Positions 50,951 through 59,906 of a stretch of DNA of 64,000 bases are shown here, one piece after another (the first letter of the stretch is position 1; each line of letters starts with the position of its first letter). The position numbers and the translations under genes were made by a program. A model generated the notes under the pieces. That model had not been told where the DNA came from. It saw only the letters and a list, made by a program, of their open reading frames with translations, and searched no databases. The stretch is from Thermoanaerobaculia bacterium (GTDB lineage: Bacteria; Acidobacteriota; Thermoanaerobaculia; Multivoradales; Multivoraceae): positions 608,001-672,000 of the forward strand of contig OY761158.1 of the NCBI GenBank assembly GCA_963664405.1. Direction: 5' to 3'.

Positions 50951-51061
50951 TTGTTATAGCCGGCGCACCGGATGCTAGCAGAGGCGTTCCGGAGTCTTCG
51001 CAGCGATCCCTCGATCCTGTACATTCCCCCTACCGCCACCCCGCTCCCTCCCTAGACCCCG

Positions 51062-52096
51062 ATGACGGAAGCTCCCCCACTCCCTGAAATCGACGTGGTG
51101 ATCCCAGCCCTCAACGCGGCAGGGCACCTCCCTCAGGTCCTCCAAAGCCTCCGCGACGACCGCGGATACAAACGGATCCTCGTCGTCGACGCCGGCTCCG
51201 AGGACCAGACCGCCAACCTCGCGCGCGAGCTTGGAGCCGAGGTCCTCGAGCTGACTGATCGAGCCGGCCCGGCCCTTGCCCGAAACCACGGGGCGGCGCT
51301 CGCAACCGCCGAGCTGATTCTATTTCTGGATGCCGACTGCGTTCCAGGCTCGTCGGTGTGCGCCGACGTGAAGTGCGCCTTTGCCGAAGCCCCCGATCTC
51401 ATCGCACTCTGCGGTTCCTATGACGCCGATCCACCTGCTCCGGGGTTCTTCTCTCAGTACATGAACCTCCGCCATCACTTCACTCATCAGCACGCATCGG
51501 TTGACCCGACCTTCTGGGCCGGCTGCGGCGCCGTTCGCCGAAAGGCTTTCGAAAGTGTCGGAGGGTTCGACGCAGAGCGTTACCCCCTACCGCAGATCGA
51601 AGATATCGAGCTCGGGCTGCGACTCCGGGCCCTCGGTACCCTGCGGCTCGACCCTCAGCTTCAAGTCAAACATCTCAAGTCTTGGAGCCTCGGCTCGGTC
51701 ATCGAGACCGACATCTTCCATCGAGCTCTTCCCTGGTCTCGTCTGATCCTCGAGCGTGGTGAAATCCCTACGGATCTCAACCTCCGGGTCTCACAGCGGA
51801 GTGCGGCCGTCCTCGCCGGGCCAGCCCTACTCTCGTTGCCTTGCGGAGCCGTCGCCGCGGCCCTTGGAGCCCCGATCGTACTTCTCTCATGCCTTTCCCT
51901 GGTACTGACATCGATGCTCCTGAACTGGCCGATGCTCTCTCTCTTCCGACGCAAGCGAGGCTGGCCGTTCGCCGTCGGCGGATGGTTCTTCCACCAGGTG
52001 CACCTTCTCTACAGCGGGGTCGCCTTCCTCTTCTGTTGGCTATTCGACGAGACCGGCAGGCGCAGTGCGCAGCCGAAGAGCAGATCCCGTGACTAA
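51062..52096 (+). CDS. Glycosyltransferase family 2
   Basis: VVIPALN, VVDAGSED, ARNHG, FLDAD, GGFD, EDIEL. Confidence 0.92.
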   Translation: MTEAPPLPEIDVVIPALNAAGHLPQVLQSLRDDRGYKRILVVDAGSEDQTANLARELGAEVLELTDRAGPALARNHGAALATAELILFLDADCVPGSSVCADVKCAFAEAPDLIALCGSYDADPPAPGFFSQYMNLRHHFTHQHASVDPTFWAGCGAVRRKAFESVGGFDAERYPLPQIEDIELGLRLRALGTLRLDPQLQVKHLKSWSLGSVIETDIFHRALPWSRLILERGEIPTDLNLRVSQRSAAVLAGPALLSLPCGAVAAALGAPIVLLSCLSLVLTSMLLNWPMLSLFRRKRGWPFAVGGWFFHQVHLLYSGVAFLFCWLFDETGRRSAQPKSRSRD

Positions 52097-53501
52097 GCCC
52101 CACGTCATCATCCTCGGAGGTGGCCCCGCCGGGTGCGGCGCCGCCTACAGCCTCCGACGAAGCGGAAAGGCGCGCGTAACGGTGATCGAGCAAGGGCCGG
52201 AAGTCGGCGGCAACGCGGGCAGTTTCCGCCTCGCCGACCAATGGGTCGACTTCGGCAGCCATCGCCTTCACCACGCCTGTTCGCAGACTGTACTGACCGA
52301 CATCCGAGGCTTTCTCGGTAGCGATTTGCGGAGGCGTGATCGCCACGGCCGCATCCGCCTGCGGCGACGGTGGATCCATTTTCCGTTGAAGGCCGGCGAC
52401 CTCCTTCTGCGCCTCGACCGAAAGTTCGCCCTTGGCGTTGCCTGGGATATGACTACACGCCTTGTGCCTCGGTCGCCCAGCGCAGAGAGCGCCACCTTCG
52501 CCTCGGTCTTGCGCGCTCAACTGGGCTCGACCATCTGCGAGGACTTCTACTTCCCGTACGCACGAAAGATCTGGGGACTCGAGCCTGAGAACATCTCCGC
52601 CGAACAGGCACGCAAAAGAGTTTCCGCCGGAACCTTCGTCAAGCTGTTGAAGCGGATCATCCGCCCGCCCGGAAATGGCACCTTCTTTTACCCTCGCCAG
52701 GGCTACGGCCAAATCACTCGAGCCTACGCGGCTGCCGCCGCAGATCTCGGCGCGGAGATCCGGCTCGGCACGCGGGTCGAGAGACTGCATCAGCCGGCCG
52801 ACAGTGCCGCACCTTGGTCGATCCAGATGCTGGACAGCAACGGCAACCGTGGCGCGCTCGAAGCCGACTACATCTTCTCAACGATCCCACTGACCCGACT
52901 CGCCGACCTGGCGCAGCCTTCTCCCCCTGCAAACGCCATGGCGGGAGCAAAGGCCCTCGATTACCGAGCGATGCTTCTGATCTATCTGCGGATCCCAGTC
53001 GATCGCTTTACCGAGACCGACGCTCACTACTTTCCCGAGTCCGACGTCAGTATCACCAGGCTCTCCGAGCCAAAAAACTACTTTGGTGTGGACGAGCCAA
53101 CCGGTAGCACGGTCCTCTGTGCGGAGCTACCCTGCTCCACCGAGGACCCGGCTTGGCGAATGACCGACGAGGAGCTAGGAGAACGGGTCAGCGAGGAGCT
53201 CACCCGAGTGGCCCTTCCGCTTCCGGCACCGCCTTCGGAGATCCATACACGCCGCCTACCCCATGCCTACCCCGTCTACCGACTCGGCTTCGAGGAGCCT
53301 TTCGAGAAACTCGACTCGTGGGCCTCGTCACTTCCTCGCTTCCTCAGTTTCGGGCGCCAAGGCCTGTTCGTTCACGACAATACTCACCACGCTCTGACCA
53401 TGGCCTACGCGGTGACTGAGTGTCTCGGGCCTGGAGGTATCGACCGAGAGCTCTGGAATTCCTACCGCCAAGAATTCGAGCAGCATGTAGTCGAGGATTA
53501 G
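52089..53501 (+). CDS. FAD-dependent oxidoreductase (HemY/UDP-galactopyranose mutase-like)
   Basis: GGGPAG, VGG, DFGSHR, KIWG, YPRQGYGQ, AYPVY, GRQG. Confidence 0.85.
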   Translation: MTKPHVIILGGGPAGCGAAYSLRRSGKARVTVIEQGPEVGGNAGSFRLADQWVDFGSHRLHHACSQTVLTDIRGFLGSDLRRRDRHGRIRLRRRWIHFPLKAGDLLLRLDRKFALGVAWDMTTRLVPRSPSAESATFASVLRAQLGSTICEDFYFPYARKIWGLEPENISAEQARKRVSAGTFVKLLKRIIRPPGNGTFFYPRQGYGQITRAYAAAAADLGAEIRLGTRVERLHQPADSAAPWSIQMLDSNGNRGALEADYIFSTIPLTRLADLAQPSPPANAMAGAKALDYRAMLLIYLRIPVDRFTETDAHYFPESDVSITRLSEPKNYFGVDEPTGSTVLCAELPCSTEDPAWRMTDEELGERVSEELTRVALPLPAPPSEIHTRRLPHAYPVYRLGFEEPFEKLDSWASSLPRFLSFGRQGLFVHDNTHHALTMAYAVTECLGPGGIDRELWNSYRQEFEQHVVED

Positions 53502-53505
53502 GCCT

Positions 53506-54471
53506 TTGACCACCGAGCAACTAAGCCGGACGCCGAGGCGACGCGTCGTACTTCGAGTCGCGGCAAGCATCGCGCTATTGGTGGCTCTCATCGCCGTGGT
53601 CCCGCGCGCAGAGCTCGTAGACGCGTTGCAGCGCGTGCCTTATTGGGGATGGGCACTCCTTTTGTGCACCTACCTCTCCGTCCACCTCCTTGGACTCGCC
53701 AAGTGGCGCACACTCCTAGTCGCGGCGCGCACCCCTGTACCCTGGACCGCCGCCGCCCAGTACTACTACTACGGCCTCTTCGGCAATATCTTTCTTCCAT
53801 CCGTGGTCGGAGGAGACGCGGTCCGTTTCGGCCTAGCGGTTCGTGGCGGCGCCAGAGCTGGCGGCATTCTCGTCGGCGGAGCCGTCGATCGCTTCTTCAC
53901 TATCGTAGCCCTGACCGCCCTTGCCGCTTTAGGAGCATGGAGGCTGCCCGCGGGCGCCGACCTGAAGCAGGAGCCGATCCTGCGAGCCACCGCTCTGCTA
54001 CTCAACCTGGCACTCTTTGCCGGGCTCGCAGCACTTTGGCTCTTCCCCGCCCGCGCTATGCCACGTCGACTGAGAAGAACGCTGATCGACATGCGCAGGT
54101 CACTTGCTGCCCTCTCACGACGCCCGGCCACGATCCTCTTCGCACTCACTATCGCGCTCACTATGCAAGGATGCCTGGTCGGCCTTTGTGCCTTGCTTTC
54201 CACCGCCCTCGGTTTCTCAATCCCCTTTTCGGTTTGGCTCTTCGTGTGGCCGCTCGCGAAGATCGCAGCAGCAGTGCCCATCACCCAGGGCGGCATCGGC
54301 GTTCGAGAAGCAACTCAGGTCGGCCTGTTCGCCGCGCTCGGCCTCCCCACCGTGGCTGCCCTCGCTGTCGGACTGGTTTTTCAAGCCACCGTCATCGGCG
54401 GCGGATTGGTCGCCGGAGGTTTGGCCCTGGCCCTGAGCCGGTGGGCGCCCTCGAGGCCGAGCGAAAACTGA
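53506..54471 (+). CDS. Lysylphosphatidylglycerol synthase TM-domain (flippase-like) protein
   Basis: NIFLPSVVGGD, DR, PITQGGIGVRE. Confidence 0.88.
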   Translation: MTTEQLSRTPRRRVVLRVAASIALLVALIAVVPRAELVDALQRVPYWGWALLLCTYLSVHLLGLAKWRTLLVAARTPVPWTAAAQYYYYGLFGNIFLPSVVGGDAVRFGLAVRGGARAGGILVGGAVDRFFTIVALTALAALGAWRLPAGADLKQEPILRATALLLNLALFAGLAALWLFPARAMPRRLRRTLIDMRRSLAALSRRPATILFALTIALTMQGCLVGLCALLSTALGFSIPFSVWLFVWPLAKIAAAVPITQGGIGVREATQVGLFAALGLPTVAALAVGLVFQATVIGGGLVAGGLALALSRWAPSRPSEN

Positions 54472-54497
54472 GTACCGGGTCACATGCCCAGCCGCCC

Positions 54498-55031
54498 TCA
54501 CTCAGCCAGCAGGGTGACACTCGAAGCTTGAGGCCCCTCTGCCCCCTGTTCTTCGGCATAACGCACTCGAGAGCCGAGCTTGACGTCGGCAAAATCACCG
54601 AGCACGCTGTTGCGGTGGAAGTAGACCACTCTTCCGTCCCGGGTCTGGAGAAAGCCGTAGCCACGATCGCTGAACAGCTTGTTGACCGTAGCCTCCGGGG
54701 CTTCGTCGTGGACCTTGGTCTCTCCACGCTGACGCTCGACGAAGTCGTGGATCTGCCGCTTCGCCGCATCGAAGGCGTCGCGGATCGCGATCATCAGCTC
54801 TTCCGCCGACTGATGTGAGACGACAATCTCCTTGCCGGGGACCCGAAGGTCGATGCGAACATCGAAAGGGCCACCGTTGCGGTGGTGTTCGCCGGGTCCC
54901 TCGAGGGTGACGTGACAGCGAATCAATCGCGGGTGAAAGCGTTCCAAAGCATCGGTGCGCTCCCGAAGTGTCTGCTCCAGGGAGTCGTTCAGATCAACGT
55001 GCCGAGCGGTGATCTCGAGAGGTACCTGCAA
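54498..55031 (-). CDS. HPF/RaiA ribosome-associated protein fused to a cold-shock domain
   Basis: N-terminal LEITARH...AIRDAFDAAKRQ; C-terminal GYGFL...VYFHRNS. TTG start after GGAGG. Confidence 0.9.
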   Translation of the reverse strand: MQVPLEITARHVDLNDSLEQTLRERTDALERFHPRLIRCHVTLEGPGEHHRNGGPFDVRIDLRVPGKEIVVSHQSAEELMIAIRDAFDAAKRQIHDFVERQRGETKVHDEAPEATVNKLFSDRGYGFLQTRDGRVVYFHRNSVLGDFADVKLGSRVRYAEEQGAEGPQASSVTLLAE

Positions 55032-55328
55032 AAGAAACCTCCTTCTGTCTGTCTCCGAGGCTGCCGACCTCCGACGTCCTCGAAGTAGGAAACGTTTAGG
55101 TCTCCGAGCCACGTACGGACCTCGGAGACGCCACCTAGTCAAAAACAATAGTAGCCCGTCGCAGCGATCAGCTCAAACCAGCGCAAGACTCCGGGCCGGC
55201 GCCTTGGACCGCTTCTCAGCGCGCTCGGCCCTCGCCCGCAGAAAGCTCGAGTGCGCCATGCGGGTCGGTGGCCGGGCGAAGCGCCGCTGACAAGATCGCC
55301 CAATCGGTATACTGCCGCCGGCCACGAT

Positions 55329-55724
55329 ATGTCTGTCTTCCCAGGCTCTTGTCTCTGCACTCGGGTGCAGTTCGAAATCACTTCTCCCACAAACTGGTGC
55401 GCGCATTGTCACTGCTCGATGTGCCAGAGAGCCCATGGCGCTGCCTTCGTCACCTGGGTGGGGGTTCCGCTCGAGCATTTCTCCTTGACACAAGGCGAGA
55501 CTAGCGTCCGCTGGTACGCGTCTTCCGATGACTCTCGCAGAGGCTTCTGCGATCTTTGCGGCAGCTCCCTCTTCTTTCGCTCAGAGCGCTGGCCCGGGGA
55601 GCTCCACGTTGTCAGGGCCAACATTCCAGGGGAGATCGACCGCGCGCCGGATGGGAATGCCTACAGCGAGTCCAGAGTCAGCTGGGCTCGGACCGACGAG
55701 ATCGAAGACCCCTCCACCACATGA
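55329..55724 (+). CDS. GFA/CENP-V family protein
   Basis: GSCLC, CHCSMCQR, FCDLCGS. Confidence 0.92.
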   Translation: MSVFPGSCLCTRVQFEITSPTNWCAHCHCSMCQRAHGAAFVTWVGVPLEHFSLTQGETSVRWYASSDDSRRGFCDLCGSSLFFRSERWPGELHVVRANIPGEIDRAPDGNAYSESRVSWARTDEIEDPSTT

Positions 55725-55835
55725 CTGCGGACAGCGGCTCGGGCCGAGAAAGAATCTGCGTCTTCGCCAGTTTCCAACAGCACCAGCCGCCGAAGGCCCC
55801 CAGTTGGGTCGGCCGACCTCAGACCTGAAGCCCGA

Positions 55836-57311
55836 TCATCTCTTCATCTCGTCCAAGAGACGCAGGGCCGGGGCTCGCACGAAAGCGTAATTCGGGTGCA
55901 GACCGTTCCAGGCGGCGGCCTTTTCGAGCAACTCCTGCGCTTGCTCCCCCTCGCCCTTGCCCAGGCTTGCAAGGGCAAGGAGATAGAGCGTGCGCGGATC
56001 CAATTGACTCGCCTGCTCGAGATGGGCCTGTGCAGAGCCGAAGTCTCCGCGCTCCAAGGCCAGAAGAGCCTCGAGCTCGTGGTACTGCCAGACCTCGCTG
56101 GGAACGGGGCTCAACCGAGCCTGCGCCCCGTATTCATCGGCCTTGATCTGAGCCGAGGCGGCGTCGCCGCGGCCAAGCGCGGCCCGAGCCAGGGCGTAGA
56201 GGTGATTGCGCCGAGTAGCAGCCTTGACGGCATTCGGAGCGTCCGAACCCTCCATCGTTATCAACGCTTCACCGAAACTCTCTTCAGCTGCCTCGGCGCG
56301 CCCGGCCTCGAGCAAGACCTGCCCCATCTGGATCAGGTCGAGGGCCATCGAGCTGGCATCTTGACTCGACTGCGAGATCTCGTATCGCCGCCCGATCTCG
56401 CCAAGCGCCGCCTCAAAGTCTCCCTCGAAGAGAAACGAGCGCGACCGACAAGTCAGCGCCTGCCGGCGCTCCCCATCGTTGCGTGCCAGCTCGTAGAAAA
56501 CATCACAAGTGCGACGCGACGCCTCGGAATCTCCGAGCAGGATCTGATTGAGCGAAATACCGCCGTGCGAAGCGACGAAGAAACGGTCGGCCTCGAGCGC
56601 TCGCCGATAGTTCTCGATCGACTCTTCGAAGCGGCCGATCTTCATCAGCAGCTCTGCGTACGAATCGTAGGGGTTGGGCTCGGACGGGACTAACTCGATG
56701 TACTGTCTGAAAGCCTCCTCAGCCGCCGCATAGTCTCCGAGAAAGCGCAGTGAATAACCGAGCTGATTGTATGGCTGCGCGAAGGCAGGATTGATCTCGG
56801 TAGCCCGTCGATAGTGCTCCGCGGCAGAACCATACTCCTGACGACCGAAGTAAAAAGCGGCCAGGGCTGCATGGGCGCGCTCGTCCAGCGGGAAGTCTCG
56901 TACCAAGGCATCGGCATGTTCCCGTGCCACCACCGGATCACGATTGACCCCGGCCGCGAAGGCGAGGATCTGATGGCGTTCACCGTCGGACGCAAGCCCG
57001 GCCAGTTCGACCGACCGCTCGAGGTGTGAGAAAAAGACGCTCCCGGTCGGAGAGCTCTGAGCAGCCCCGAGGTGGGCGAGCGCAAACTCCTCGTCTTCGG
57101 CCAACGCTTTTAGAAAATACGGGTGAGCCTCGGTAGCACGTAGATTCTCCTGTAAGGCACGACCTTCGAGGTAAAGAGCTCGTGCTTCACGCGAAATCGT
57201 GCTGATGGGAATCTTCTGGGCGCCATCCCCACCCGGCTCGGCCACCTCCGGCGGTGAGCATGCAGCAAGGATGGCGAGCAGGAAGAGCGCACTGGCCGCG
57301 GGCAATCTCAT
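55836..57311 (-). CDS. TPR-repeat lipoprotein
   Basis: LAAC lipobox; multiple TPRs. Confidence 0.88.
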   Translation of the reverse strand: MRLPAASALFLLAILAACSPPEVAEPGGDGAQKIPISTISREARALYLEGRALQENLRATEAHPYFLKALAEDEEFALAHLGAAQSSPTGSVFFSHLERSVELAGLASDGERHQILAFAAGVNRDPVVAREHADALVRDFPLDERAHAALAAFYFGRQEYGSAAEHYRRATEINPAFAQPYNQLGYSLRFLGDYAAAEEAFRQYIELVPSEPNPYDSYAELLMKIGRFEESIENYRRALEADRFFVASHGGISLNQILLGDSEASRRTCDVFYELARNDGERRQALTCRSRSFLFEGDFEAALGEIGRRYEISQSSQDASSMALDLIQMGQVLLEAGRAEAAEESFGEALITMEGSDAPNAVKAATRRNHLYALARAALGRGDAASAQIKADEYGAQARLSPVPSEVWQYHELEALLALERGDFGSAQAHLEQASQLDPRTLYLLALASLGKGEGEQAQELLEKAAAWNGLHPNYAFVRAPALRLLDEMKR

Positions 57312-57476
57312 CTAGTGTCCTGTACCAGTAGTTCGTCACACAACTCGCTGGCCCTTTTGCGCACTGCCGTCGTTACTCCTCCTCGCAATATTGCCCAATA
57401 TGCCTTCGTCGTAGCGCCTTGGCAGCACCCAAAATGACTGCGCGATTTCTGCAACGACACTGATACAGGACACTAG
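57312..57476 (-). repeat. CTAG-bounded palindromic element, copy 5 (arm type A)
   Basis: ctagtgtcctgta...tacaggacactag; fills the entire intergenic gap. Confidence 0.92.
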
Positions 57477-58216
57477 AGCTTCAAGCTCATGCCGTCTTCG
57501 GCGCACTCCATGTCGACGCTATCCAACCGTTCCAACATGTCGGCTCCGAGATGAGTCAGTATCAGGCGGCGACACTCGAGACGATCCTTGCGCCGTACGA
57601 GCTCTCGATAATCGAGGTGGTACGGAGCTCGAGGCTCGAAGTGAGAGCACTCGCAGATGAAGAGGTCAGCCTGACGGGCGGCGTCGACGAGACTTTCGGT
57701 CCACTCCGTATCACCCGAGAAGGCAACCACCCGATCCTCGCAACTCAATCGCAGCGCGTAAGAGGGGGCGCCACTGGGATGAGAAACCTCGAAGGGGAGG
57801 ACCTCGACCTCCGCCACCGTCGCCGAGCGACCCGCTTCGAGCTCGAGAAAGCCGAGCGGGAAACTCTCATTCGCGTTCACTGAGCCTGGATAGAGAAGCT
57901 CCATGGCCGCTTCGACACGTTTCTTGACACCGGGTGGACCCGCAATCGTCAGCGGCTTCGCGCGCTTGCTGACGTGGCGCGCGTCGAGCATGAAAAAGGG
58001 GATGCCGGCGAAGTGATCGCCATGAAGATGACTCAGAACGATCGCGTCGACCTCGTTGGGGTCGACGCCGAAGCGCCTGATGGCCATCATCGCCGACGCT
58101 CCGCAGTCGATCAACACTCGGCAGGCCTCGGAGCTCAGCGAGATGCAAGTGTGAAAGCGGCCACCGCTTCCCATCGCATCTCCGCAGCCCAAGAACTGAA
58201 CTTCGACCTCGCTCAA
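57473..58216 (-). CDS. MBL-fold metallo-hydrolase (RNase Z/BN-like)
   Basis: FLGCGD, IDCG, SHLHGDH, SGDT, THL. GAGGAGG RBS. Confidence 0.9.
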   Translation of the reverse strand: MSEVEVQFLGCGDAMGSGGRFHTCISLSSEACRVLIDCGASAMMAIRRFGVDPNEVDAIVLSHLHGDHFAGIPFFMLDARHVSKRAKPLTIAGPPGVKKRVEAAMELLYPGSVNANESFPLGFLELEAGRSATVAEVEVLPFEVSHPSGAPSYALRLSCEDRVVAFSGDTEWTESLVDAARQADLFICECSHFEPRAPYHLDYRELVRRKDRLECRRLILTHLGADMLERLDSVDMECAEDGMSLKL

Positions 58217-58455
58217 ACCGTTCCTCCTCGCCGCCGCCCACCCGGTAACTCGCCGACGCCCGCAGATACTATCGCGGCGGGGACGTCAACCCGCTACCTA
58301 GTCAGCCCTCTGCTGCGGCCAGGTTGCGGCGCGTTCGCGCCTCTATCCGTTCGAATCGCCCAGCCTCGAAGTCCTCGGGGCAACACAAGATCGCGCTCGC
58401 TTTGCGGCTTCCAAACAGCGAACGACCTTGTCTGCCTTTCATTGCGGTCCTCTTT

Positions 58456-59901
58456 CTAATAGGCGCCCTTGCCTCGCAGCACAGCGCCGAGGGTTCGACC
58501 CAGAATGTAGAGGTCGAGCCAGACCGACCAGTTTCGTAGGTAGTAAGTATCGAAAGACTGTTGCTCTTCGACGCTTCCCTCACTGCGCACCATGACCTGC
58601 CAGAGACCGGTGATGCCTGGCCGCATCCTCTGGCGCAACTCCAGGAAGTCCGGAGCGAAGCTACTGAGGTGATAGCCGGGAAACGGGCGAGGACCCACCA
58701 GGCTCATATCTCCCTTCCACACGTTGAAAAGCTGCGGAAGCTCGTCCAGGCTGAAGCGCCGAAGCAGGCGACCCACCAACGGAACCAGCCGTGGGTCGTC
58801 GCGGAGCTTGAAGCTACGATTCCACTCCCGCTGCTGCTCAGGGTGACCGGCCAAATGCTCTTCGAGAAGCCGCTCGGCATCGACCTGCATCGTGCGAATC
58901 TTGAGCACTCCAAAGGTGCGACCACCTAGGCCGGACCTCTCCTGAGAGAACAGGGGCCAGCCGCGGCTGACGAGTCTGACCAACACCGCCGCCAGCAGGA
59001 CGACCGGCGCCGCCAGGATCAGGCCCAGAGACGACGCAACGAGGTCGAGAAGCCGCTTGGCGAAGCGGTTGTGCGGGCGCAGAAGACTGCTGGTGTACTC
59101 GATCGTGAGCACCCCTCCAAGATTCCTCAGCTGAGCGCCCTCAACTGGTAAGTGCTCATACTCACGAAAAGTCACGACGCGGTAAAAGTGCTTCTGGAGC
59201 ACGTCGAGAGTCGCTTCCGCAGGAAGCGTTTCATTGGCCAGAATTGCAACCTGGACACCTTGGCGCGCCAGCTCACTGGCGGCCTCGAGGCCACCCATGA
59301 TCTCGACATTCTCGATCCTGCCCGGCTTGCTCCCCGCTGGCTCGCTCCAGCCCGGGTCGATCACAGCGACGGGCCGATAGTCTCGCTGCTCCGCCTCTTC
59401 CAGAGACAGGATGGTACGAGCCACCAGCGGGCGGGCTCCGATCACTACGACAGGCTCTCGCCACCACGATCGACCCGAGACCGCCCGCAGCATCAAAGCT
59501 CGGCAAGCCGGGACCAAGATCAGCCCTAGCAAGAGGCCGATGCCGAAGGTCATGCGGGAGTAGAGCTGGGGCAACTTGACCGCGAAGGTGATCGATGAAA
59601 GCACGAGAAAACCGAAGCCGGTGACATACGAGCTCCGGCGAAGAGTCTCGACAGGACCCAAGCCCAAACCGGGATAGAGGTCGGCGGCGAGATAACCGGC
59701 CAGGAAGAGAGCGAAGAGAGGCGCGAGGCCCAAATAGAGGTCCGCTGACTGGCCGCGAACCGGCTTCGCCCACAACAGGTAGGCCAGAAACCCCGCAAGG
59801 AGCAGGCCGAAAAGATCGGAGACTGCGAGCAGCGCGACCCTCAGCGTCCGGGCCCAAAAGGGGTTCAAAGAAGGCAGAGCTACGTCGACTTGCTCTACCA
59901 C
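58456..59901 (-). CDS. Polyprenyl-phosphate hexose-1-phosphate transferase (WbaP-like)
   Basis: KRLLD, KIRTM, DDPR, SLDELPQL, MSLVGPRP, PGITGLWQV. Confidence 0.93.
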   Translation of the reverse strand: MVEQVDVALPSLNPFWARTLRVALLAVSDLFGLLLAGFLAYLLWAKPVRGQSADLYLGLAPLFALFLAGYLAADLYPGLGLGPVETLRRSSYVTGFGFLVLSSITFAVKLPQLYSRMTFGIGLLLGLILVPACRALMLRAVSGRSWWREPVVVIGARPLVARTILSLEEAEQRDYRPVAVIDPGWSEPAGSKPGRIENVEIMGGLEAASELARQGVQVAILANETLPAEATLDVLQKHFYRVVTFREYEHLPVEGAQLRNLGGVLTIEYTSSLLRPHNRFAKRLLDLVASSLGLILAAPVVLLAAVLVRLVSRGWPLFSQERSGLGGRTFGVLKIRTMQVDAERLLEEHLAGHPEQQREWNRSFKLRDDPRLVPLVGRLLRRFSLDELPQLFNVWKGDMSLVGPRPFPGYHLSSFAPDFLELRQRMRPGITGLWQVMVRSEGSVEEQQSFDTYYLRNWSVWLDLYILGRTLGAVLRGKGAY

Positions 59902-59906
59902 CGTTT

